DNA from: Chrysomallon squamiferum
Taxonomy: Eukaryota > Animalia > Mollusca
Assembly: GCA_012295275.1 (NCBI GenBank)
Contig: CM022665.1
Coordinates: forward strand, 1,922,001-1,986,000
Direction of reading: 5' to 3'
Length of the DNA stretch: 64,000 bases
How positions within the stretch are numbered: the stretch's first letter is position 1; every line of letters begins with the position of its first letter. Below the pieces are notes generated by a model. That model saw nothing but the letters and a program-made list of their open reading frames with translations, did not search any database and was not told where the DNA came from. Positions 52,866-64,000 of the stretch are shown here, one piece after another. A program made the position numbers and the translations under genes.

Positions 52866-54145
52866 TTTTTTTTTTTTATTTATTTATTTTTTATTTATTA
52901 TTATTATTTTGTTGTTTTTCACAACTTTTCAGACACAATTTAAAATAAAATTAATTTTCTACAGTGGCAGCAAATATTTTAAATTATCCATCTCAAATTT
53001 TATTTTATTTTTTAAGACATTAAAATAGAAATAATTTGTTTATTTTTGATAAGAAAGATTTTTAAACAGATTGTCTAATAAAATAATTTACTGTCAAGTA
53101 CTTTATCTGCATTCTGTGCACATTCCTGCTCATTTTTTTTTATATTAAAAACAACATAATGTTGTGAAAAAACTACAGTCCTAACAATTAATGTCTTTTG
53201 GCATCTGCAAAGATTCCATTATTCACAAGATCTGATGCAGCATGACCAATTAGTCTCAAAACTGCTGGCACTGGTTTCATTGAGACAAAAGTAAAATATC
53301 ACTTTGCACATCTAATTATCAAACCTTTTTGGGTGAAGTTCTGAAATTATCTTCACCAAACAATCTGAATGTTTTGAAAATAAAACAAACTTGTTCCACA
53401 GAGCTGAACATTCTGTCTTTGCTGAAAATAGGTTGGCACAGATAAGCTGTATAAAATGACAACGGAAATGGAAATAGACGGGCACAAGCTCCCACTGTTA
53501 CAGACAGTGTACACTAAAGTAGCTGGCAATACGAAAGCACATAAACTTAAGCAGGTAATGTAAATTTAATCTTTTTAGCTTTAGAACCAATTTTAACTTG
53601 GATGAGAGAAAACGTATTAATTTACCAGTCAAAGTGGTGATAAACTTAGCACAAATAACAAGACTGCAGAAAATGACCAAGTAAGTGAATGAATGAGCAA
53701 ATTAGAGAATGACACACAGTAAATAAATGAATAAATGAATAAATGGCCTAATGAATAAATAAATAAAGGAGTAAATGAATGAATGACCTATTGAGTAAAT
53801 AAATGTAATAAAATAATTTAATATTTTATTAACTGAATATATTTATTTATTGATTATTCTGGTGATACACTAGCAGTTGATAATTTTAATAAAATTCTAT
53901 AAGAGCATTTGTAACATTTACAGAAAAAATATCAGTAGTCATTCTGTTTTATTACAGTCAATAAAAACTGATAAAATGAAAAAAAAAAGTAGTAAATAGA
54001 ATAATAAAAATAAACCATACAATATTTAATAAAAAATAAAATATATAAAAAAAAGAAAAGAAAAAAGAAAATTAAATTAAGGAGAAAAAATGTAAAAAGA
54101 AAAAATTTGGAAATTAAGAACACAACAAAAAAAAAATAACAAGAA

Positions 54146-54180
<35 letters not shown>

Positions 54181-55164
54181 AACTAAAAAACCCCTCTTAT
54201 TCCTGATTAGATGGAAAAAAAAAAAAAAAAAAGAGAAAGAAATACTTCTTATTAAAACAATGAAAAGAGAAAACAAAACCTATACAGTACAGCATTAAAC
54301 ACTTAGTTTATAGACAAGCTATTGAATTTCTTGCAATCATAGACATTTCAAAAACATCTACAGAAAAAGAAAGGAAAAAAAAAAGAAAAGAAAATAAAAG
54401 AAAAAAAAAAAGAAAAAGGAGAATAACGAAACGAAGAGATCTATGTTTGTAACATGTTTTGGTTTGTTTCATCACTCATGACAAATGTTTGTTATTGTGT
54501 GCATTCCCCTTGTTTCACTATCTCTGTGTTTTCTTCAATATGTCATTCACTCCAAGCTTCCAGACTCTGCTAACGATATTCCCATATTCTCTTCATTTTT
54601 AATACAATAAATAATCTTTACTGTAGTCTTTTCTACACGCATTCAATCTCTTAAGATTTATTTATGTATTATTAAATATACAAAAGTGTAGACAAAATGT
54701 GTGAGAACTATTTTTAAATATCGGAACAAAAAGTTTTGTCTTTCCAGCAGAATGTAGATATCAAATACATAAATATTTTCAGAAAAATGTATCAGAGACT
54801 ATCTTCCAAAAGTCAGCTATGAATTTGTCTGGCAGTGGAAAAATATGTAAGATGTCTGCTTTGTTTTGACTGCATGGACTCAAAATTCATTAATATAGAG
54901 TTCAACAAATAATTATTTATTTTTAAACAAGAGTTTAAAGTTCATGTTTCCAGGTTAGAATGTTTGTGAAAATATGTTTTATTTATTTCCAGAAATAATT
55001 TTTTTTTTGTACAAAATATACTAAAATCTCATTTTATTAAAATAAAATTGCATTAAAATACGAAAGTATTAAAAACGTAAAAAGGAATGATAATAAAAAT
55101 ACATTGAATTTTAGAATTAATATTTAAAGCTTAAATGATGGATGAACAAAGAAACAATTTCATT

Positions 55165-55370
55165 ATTTAATTATTTATTACTATTACTATTATTATTATT
55201 ATTATTATTTATTATTATTTATTATTTATTATTTATTATTATTTATTATTTATTATCTATTATTATTTATTATTATTATTATTATTTATTATTATTATTA
55301 TTTATTATTATTATTTATTATTTATTATTTATTATTAATATTTATTATTTATTATTTATTATTATATTTA
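55165..55370. repeat. Higher-order (TTA/TTTA)n repeat
   Basis: Recurrent ttattatttattattatt units. Confidence 0.85.
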
Positions 55371-56388
55371 AAAAAAAAATCCATACTCCATATAGCACCA
55401 ACTGAAGTCAAATTTCATCAAACTTTTCTGGTAACCAATGGATATTCTTTGTCTATTTATTAGGCGAGTGAGTAACAATTAATTCTTGAAATTTGATATG
55501 GAATTTCAGTGTTGTTCACAAAGGCTGGAGATAGTTGCAAGTTGAAACAGTCTCCTGTGTACTGTCTATAATGAAAATAATGAGTGGTTATCTGCAATCA
55601 GCCAGTCAGACATGGCAGGTTCGATTACTTTTGTGAAAGCAGGACAATGTAGCAACGGCTTCCCCCAGCTGTTCTCTACAGTATTGTTTATTTGGCCAGC
55701 TTGCCAGGGGTGGGACGGGCCACTGAGGAAAGTGACATTAAATAGCTGGATGGATACTTGCTGGGTAATGACCCCCCTCCCTCTCCCTCTTACCTTGGCC
55801 CCATAAAATCTAATTATTATACTCTCCAAAGAATACAGCAATGTATTATTTATTTAGTCAGCAGATTTGAGCACCAGGGAAGCCCAGTGGAGGCTGGTAG
55901 TTCACAGCAGGACTCTAGTGCCATGCCTTGTAGACAGTAACTCTGTTATGATACTCAGTTGTGTTGGTACCAAACAATATACTACCGTACTGCAATGCTT
56001 AAAACTGTTGCTGTTGTATAAAATAATAGCAAAACAAGTTGCATTTTAAAATTGGCAGAAAAAAAAAAAAGCTATGTTAGTAAAAAAAAAAATGATGGAA
56101 AAATCATTTAGTCCAAATTAACTAAGTTAATAGATTTTGCAGGTGAAAATAATTTTTTTTTCTGAAAATGATTACATTATGTAATTAAAATCTGGTAATG
56201 ACTGTCGAGATAATCTTATTCGTTTAAGTAATAAAATACCATCTTTGTTATAATTCCGAATTTCTAAAAATATCTTTATCTGAAACTTTAAAAAAAAAAA
56301 ATCATAAAATAAACTGAGTAAAATTTGTTTAGACTAAATAAATATAATAATGATGATAATATTGACAATGTTTATCTATATTTTCTAC

Positions 56389-56428
<40 letters not shown>

Positions 56429-59057
56429 TAAAAATAAAAATAATAATAATGATAATAATAATAATAGGATGTGTGTATTTTAGATCAGATTTAATGTAAT
56501 TTGTACATGTAATTAATTTTGATAAAGAGATAGTGACTTGACAGAGGACCCCCCACAATGACAGGATATTCATAATAATAATAATTAAAAAATGTAATTA
56601 TCAGTTTTATGGTTCAGTTAATCAATCAATACATGAATTACATTTGTATAAATTTTCAATCAACATTTTTGCACACAAATTTTTCCATCAAATAAAGTAT
56701 AATAAGATAACAAAAGTAATAAAACGTAAATAAAAAAAAAAAAAAATATATATATATATAAATATAAAGATGAGAATAATTTAATGAAAGAAATCACACA
56801 ATTTGAAAGATGAATATAAGATGAGTATTTGTTTAAAATATAAAAATATCCGTACACTGCAGTCTGAGTACTAACACATCATTCACACAAATAAATCACA
56901 ATTAAATTCATCCCAGTAGTTAAAGCAACAATGATTTGTGCCACTTTGTCAAGGTCTAACATTAAAATCTCATGATTCTGCAGCCAGCCAAAAGAAACAG
57001 TTCCAGTAAAGCACTGTGATTGCGTAACAACAATATCCCATAACCCTTTCTGTCATAACAATTACTTGTCCCAGCATAATGTCCATAATATCACAGGCCA
57101 TGTTGTTCTATTGTGAGAGGCACCCTGCATCAACACTTCCGAATCACACCATCACCACCCCCTGCCAGAACAAAGTGTCAGTTCAGGGTAGACAACTATG
57201 GCATGATTTATAGGCATTTACCGGGCCCCCAGGATAGGGAGCCCAGGACATGCCACGCCTGTGGCTTTACTGGCAAAGCCATTAGTACTCCTCCGCCCAG
57301 AGATTGAGGCAGACAATGCTTCCCGGCTGGACCCAATCATTTGTAGAAAACAGATAATAAGATCTTTGAATGGACAAGACAATGGCTCCTGGTGACAATG
57401 CCTAGTTCCATTGCAGCCAGCATTGGCCATCAATTATCTTGTGATGACCGACAAGAGGATGACACCCAAAAGGTATCAATGAATTTCTGCATTCTCCATT
57501 AAGCACTAACAAGGCTCCATAGAAATGACAAGCCAGAAATGGAACTTACATTTATTAGTTATCCCAATATCTATACAACATTTAAAAGAAAAGAAAAAAA
57601 ACCCCAAAAACAACAAATATATAATACATAACAATTTTTATCAGACTGGACATATATATTAAAATAGTTATTAATAAATGTTCTGGTTGTGCACCCACAA
57701 TGGACCTTTATATCCCCCACCCATATCCCACCCGTACCATTCTGGCAGGTGATACAATCACTGGAGAAGGTTGCTATTGTCTGCATGACTAATTCAATTG
57801 AGAACGAGAGAAACTATTGTCCACACAATTACACATTGTCTTTGATAAAATTAATTTGACATTACTTCTGAACAAAGATAGACCATGAATGTAATAAGCC
57901 AGTGGTGAAGAGTCTGACATCCACGAGAGTTGCCAATTACTGATTACTTGAACAAAATGTTTTATGTGTACCAACAGTCAGAACACAGTGGTTTAAAATG
58001 ATTAACTGTGCGGGTAGAGGAGAGAAAATATTTATTATTTTTTTTAACAGTTTAGACACTTTTTCCTAGTATGATTCCTGTTCTACAGAAAAATTGTGCA
58101 GTTACATAAGAGTTTATTTATGAATTTTCAGCATTATATACACCATAAATTTAATTAAACTTAAATAAAGAAATAAATAAAGAAAGAAAGAAAGAAAGAA
58201 AGAAATAAACAAGCAAACAAATTTAAAAACCTAAACTATAACAAAAACAAAAAAAATTGTAATTTTGAAATACTCTAAATTTAAATGTTGACAAATGAAC
58301 ATGTTGAATTTTTGTTTTATAATTTAATCTCAGTTACTGTATGCATTTTATTAATAAAAAATAATCTTTGATATCTCATTTTTTTTATATAAGAAAACAG
58401 AAAAAAAATATATATATACATACATTATATTCTACATTTATAATCATTCAACCCATTAAAGGAACCACCCACATGAAAAACAAAACGGTTCTGTTTTCCA
58501 GCATGGACAAAACGCAGGTAGAAGTACTGCAACAAGTTTATTATCTTTGAGTGATCTGCCCAACAGCCCTGTCATAGATCATAAACATCAAAAATGTGTG
58601 GTCATCAATTTATCAACTAAATCTATCTGACTGGCCAGAGCATTAAACAGATGCTACGATTCACATAATTAACAGTAATCAGCCCCTATGACTTTAGGCT
58701 GTATTAAATTATTTATTGATTTTTTTTTTCTCCATTAATATTAATAATATTACTATTATTGATACTATTGTCATTATTGTATTATTATTATTATTACTAC
58801 TATTATTTCTACTATTATTTTTATAATTTCTATTATTGTTGGTTTTTTTATTATTATTTATTATTATTATTATTATTATTATACAGCATTTTTATAATAA
58901 TAATATAATTATAGTTATTATTATTATTATTCTTACTATTACTATAATATTTTCTCCTTTAACATCAGTAGAATCTGAGAATTTTTTTTTTTTTTAATTT
59001 TTGTTGTATTAGTTGTTTTTATTATATTACTTATTATTATTATTATTATTATTATTT

Positions 59058-59092
<35 letters not shown>

Positions 59093-59659
59093 TTATTTTT
59101 TTTTTTTTTGTATTATTTAAGTAAAAAGACTGAAGTAAATTAATAACTTGATAATCAATCATTTTTACCTTATATTAAGACATGGGAATGATAAAATACA
59201 AAAGAAAATGAAAATAACAAATCTTTTAAAAAATATATAATGTTCAATATATATAATATATAATTCATTGTTACTTGTAATTGAATAAACTGCACAGACA
59301 TTTACCTCAGTGTGAATAAAAGATTAAATATATTAAATTCTGCACTAAACGTGAATAAAATACATGAAGACAATTCATTTTTACCCACCAGCTGATGTTA
59401 ATCTATGTCCTGGCATGTTCTTCAGCATTTATCTTCTTTTTTTAAATTGGAATTATGAGAATAGGAGCAAACAGGGACATTGAAAAACTCATAGCGACGT
59501 TGTTGTAGAGAATGTGATAAACATATACAGGTGTTGTTCAGCATTTCAAATCAGTTGTGAAATGTGATTATGTAAACAAAGATGAACTTATCTCATGATA
59601 CTTTGAACTTGCTGTGCAGTGTAATATTCAAACTGTGTGTGTTGATGGAATTCCAGTTT

Positions 59660-59960
59660 AACAGTAGTATTCAAATTCAAAATAGTTATATTTAAACTCA
59701 AAACAGTTGTACTTAAATTCCACAACAATCTGTACTCGAAATTCACAAGTGTTTTACTCGGAACACTTCAAAATTTATTAAAAACAATTTATATTGAAAT
59801 CAGTGACACTTTAATTGATAACAATTCATACTCAGAACTCATAACGCTTATACATACTTTTACACTTATAACAATTGTACATTTATTCAAAAAAATTCAT
59901 AGCAGTTATTCTCAATATAGTTATATTCAAATTCATAAAGCGTTTATGAACAAAATTCAA
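59660..59960. repeat. Degenerate ~21-23-bp tandem repeat
   Basis: Recurrent AATTCA(T/C)AACAATTGTACTC-like units. Confidence 0.55.
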
Positions 59961-61989
59961 TTTTAATTTTTCACAGAATAGTTTGCATTAACAGAAAATA
60001 AATCTACTGATAAAAGCATTATTTTAAGAACACAATTAATAAAACAATAAAATAAAAAACAAAAAATTCCTGCCTTATATGCATTACTTATAAACAAATT
60101 ATAAACGTATGTATAATTTTATAGTATAATAATAATGCTAAAAGTTTTGAAGAAGATTTCCTGAGTTTTATTTGTTTTATAAACAGATTAAATATAACCA
60201 TTTTGAATAAATCTAAGCTCTTTTGGGGTTTAAATGGCTGGCATTATTTAAAGTTTTTTGTTTTGTTTGGGCTGGATGAAAACAGAGAGTACTGGAATGA
60301 TGAACGACATCACACAGACAGACAAATGGTGAAGAAAAAACAAACTCAAGTGGATGACGAACAGAGACAAGAAAAACAGGGGCAATTCATTCCCCTCTTT
60401 TTAATCAAATACTCCACCTGCGAACAAAAACAATTGATATTAGCAGTAACTGTAGGTTTTCAAGTAATTGTCCAAATAGCTCATAATGGAATGATTTGCA
60501 TTATGCATGGCTTTTTCTCTAAATTGAATTCTCTGCTATCAGTACTGGCCTGGCAGATCCTATTAGTGGAATTGCCACCCAGCCCTCTGCTAGAATGGGA
60601 TTAACTGTTGTGCTGTTCTCTCCTTTAAGTAGATTGTTTATCAGAATTTATACCAACAAATAACTGAAAATACCAACACTAAGATGCTCCATGGGTCATT
60701 ATTTTCATCAAGTATGTTTCGTGAGGGTCGTTAATTTCATCATGTATATTTACCCTGAATACATTTAGGTTCTAAATTGCCCATTTAGGTCTCAGGATTA
60801 TCTGTATTTAGACAAGTTAACAAATCTGGAAATGGACATCATTAATTAATGGCCGTTCTGCACTGACACCATCAATTTATTTCATTTTAAATCCAATATT
60901 CTCCTGCCCCAGATTTGAACCAAACACTCTTGTAATTCCAAAACGTGAATAATTTTAGACAAAATTGAAAATCTGGTTCTTCGTCTTGAATCATTATGAG
61001 ACTAATTCGGCAAAATAATTGTTTTATGGAGCATTGGTAAGAAGAAAATATCACTGCCTGGCTATTAAGGTTTCGAGAGCACTCAAACTGCTCACAAAGT
61101 TAGAACCAGTTCTTTCCTTTATTCAAATTTAATCTTATTCAGTTTGAGAGATTTCACAAGATGAGATCACATCCTTTGTAGTGATTCTCAACTTCAGAGC
61201 ATGCCAAGTTCAATAAAATATAGAATTTTACAACTAAAAATAAAACTGAATTCTTCACAAAACATTAACTTGTAAATTAAAAAAAAAGAAAAAAAGATGT
61301 GCAATTAAATAATAATATTTATAAACTAAAAGACAGTATCAATATTGATATTTTGTTGATTATTTGTAAGAACCACATTAAAAAACTAAATGAATAAATT
61401 ATAATAAATAATATACACAGTAAATAAACAATATATACTAATATATAAATAAAATAAATAATAAACATTAATACACAAATAAAATAACATAATAAAAAAC
61501 TGAAATAATATAATTAAATATGCAGATAAAAACCTAAATTTACCCTTTATCAAATATTTTAACTAACAGTATTATTAACATTTTTAATTAATTATGATTT
61601 TCTTTCTTTCTTTTTTCTAATTTGTTCCAAATATATGTGTCACCAGTCTGCAACAATTCTGTTGGATGTTTGTAATGCTTTGATTGGAAGTTTCTTCTAA
61701 TTAAATATATCTGGGACTTAATTGAACAAGCTAACTTCTGACCCCCTAAGATTAACGAAGGACCTCATTTCTTTGAGTTGCATATTACTGAGAAAATGAG
61801 ATTTCATGAATCTTTGTCCTTTTACCAAGTCTTTCGTTGCTTAGCAATGACTTTCATCTGAAACAATCACTAAATATGCTTGCGCATTCACCAGCATTAA
61901 CCAGCCATGTTTATATGGTGATGATCAAGTGACTTGTCACAAGGTTCATGTTTGTACCACTAAAAACTACTTGGGTTGTAAGTTATTGA

Positions 61990-62640
61990 TGGTAAATTTT
62001 ATAAATGTGAAATGCAGAATTTATTGATTTTATTTTCTCAAATTCATTTTGTAATTTAGTGATTCCAGATTTTCATGAATTTATTAAATTTTGTAAATCT
62101 GTAAAATGCACGATTCATTTACTTCATTTTCTCAAATTTGCTTTATAAATTTTTAATGAATTAAGTAAATTTTATAAATTTATGTTGTATGTTTTATTTC
62201 CTGAAATTCGACTAGATTTTCCTGAATTTAATTATTCATAAATCTCAAAAATATATTATTCAGTTATTTTAATTATGAATTTTAGCTGCAAAAATATACA
62301 GTATGCATTATATTAAATTCTAAAACAAAACTTTATAAAAATAACATTTATTATTTTTGTTTTCTGAAATTTATTATTATGAATTTTGTTTATTTTTTTA
62401 AATTAGTAAAATGCATGATTAAAGTATTTTACTTTCTGAAATTTAATTTTGAATTTACTAATGTCAGATTTTACTGAATCCTTCAACTTTTATAAAATAT
62501 AAAAATGAATCATTCATTGATTTTATTTTCTGAAATTTAGATAGTCTGTGTATAATTTTTCACAAATCTGTAACATTGCAGTTCATTGATTTTCAGTGCT
62601 CTGATTTTTCTATGTAATTTATTAATGGTAAATTTGATAA
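61990..62640. repeat. Old degenerate tandem repeat, unit up to ~93 bp
   Basis: AAATGCA...ATTGATTTTATTTTCT(C/G)AAATT recurs near 62010, 62103, 62409 and 62503. Confidence 0.55.
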
Positions 62641-64000
62641 ATCTATAATACAAGTTTTGGTGATTTAATTAATTAAATTTTGGTTTATTTAAAAATTAAT
62701 AACGACCATATAATTTTCATGTTTACTCCACAGAACAGTCTTAATTAGTTTTCAAAATTAACGAACCTTGTCTTCAGTTACTTCATTAAAACCTGCATAA
62801 TTAATCTTTTAAAAATAATAATAAAATATTAAAGTACTGATAATATTGCAAACTGCTGGATCTGTATGCAAAGCAAGCATGTTACAGTGATGATTATTAT
62901 TATTTTCTAAATTAGGTTTCATGAAAGAATTTAATCATATTGTTTTTGGTTTATTTATACAAGATGAAGAAGAAAGTGAATGAGAAATTAGAAGAAAAAA
63001 TAAATATTATAACAGTCAACTTAACTTCGATACAATACTGTTTGTTATTTTTGATATTATTACAATTAAAAATTAGAATCTTAAAATGATAATATTAACA
63101 ATAGTATTAACAATGTGATAGTAATAATGGTAATGTGAAAATGATAATGATAATAATACAGCAAGAATAACAATAATAACAGTAATGATAGTAACAATAG
63201 CATCTATAATAATGATGATGATGATGATGATGATGATGACACTGATATTTAAATAATAAATATCTGTATGACACAATGACTATTGAAAAACAAAACAAAA
63301 ATCCTATAAAATTTAATCATTCATCAAGACTCGTTCCATTTTACTGTCAAATCATGTGAACTAATATTTATTCAGAAAGAAAACTAATTAACATTTTTAA
63401 AATTTACTTCTTTAAAATGTATTGGTTTAAATTTCTTGAAAGTTTTCTCAAACGTGGTTACATAATGGTATTATTTTTCTAAATGGGTTTCACTATCTGG
63501 AATCAGTGAGTGAGTAGAGAAAAGTGATATGTCAATGTGACTTGAAATCTTAATGTTTTATTAGATTCCATTCAACCTGAAAACAGATAAACCTTTTTTT
63601 TTTCTCATTATCTCTTTTTTGAAATTCATAAAACTCAAACAACTGTCTGTGTAGAAAGAAATCGTGAGTGTTTGCATGTTTAGTGTGTCATGTTATAGTG
63701 CATGCACTTTCATGCACGTGTATATCTCAGTCTAAATATGTCTGTAAATTTTATGTACATGCGCATGTTTATTTGTCTGTAACAGCATGTGAGTTTTTGT
63801 TTTTGTTTTTGTTTTGGTGTGTTTGTATGTGTGTATAACATATTATAGTAGTATTTAACAAAGCCTAGCCCAAGTCAAAATTAAAAAAAAAAGAAAAAAA
63901 AGAAAGAATTAAATTGAAATCATGGCTCTATATATAACAGAATTAAAGAAAGTTTAAATACAAAAATGACAATATTTCTAGAACACAGTTTCCATAACAC

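Noticed and set aside
60203-60604. 133-aa plus-strand ORF
   Set aside because: No recognisable motif, TTG start, antisense within an intron; length is compatible with chance.

Overview
AT-rich animal genomic DNA. It is probably an invertebrate with mosaic gene-body methylation; a mollusc or other lophotrochozoan is plausible but not provable from sequence alone. The window holds the 3' half of one gene on the minus strand, a Meis/homothorax (TALE-class homeobox) gene. Four coding exons splice in frame: 50518-50594, 14118-14176, 12172-12252 and 10516-10856 (558 nt, 185 aa plus stop, [26 protein letters not shown]|FINARRRIVQPMIDQSNRA|GPGAHSAY...QDIHAG*). The 77-nt homeobox exon is missed by the ORF track. 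A 36-kb intron splits helix 3 of the homeodomain, and the upstream exons lie beyond 64000. A ~4.5-kb 3'UTR probably ends near 5950-5990, where CpG-depleted gene body gives way to CpG-retaining intergenic DNA. The most interesting signal is at the end of the second homeobox exon: a GC donor, two further in-frame GT donors, a basic NLS-like extension, and a long RNA hairpin (14-bp perfect core) that buries the distal donor, together a candidate structure-controlled splice switch. Other signals are several RFX X-boxes, Pbx/Hox/Meis motif clusters, a G-U-supported 3'UTR hairpin, and a ~1-kb quasi-periodic alternation of GC-balanced and AT-rich blocks. Almost all other ORFs in the track are microsatellite or low-complexity artefacts. 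No prokaryotic-type systems, tRNA/rRNA, CRISPR or recognisable transposon ORFs were seen.
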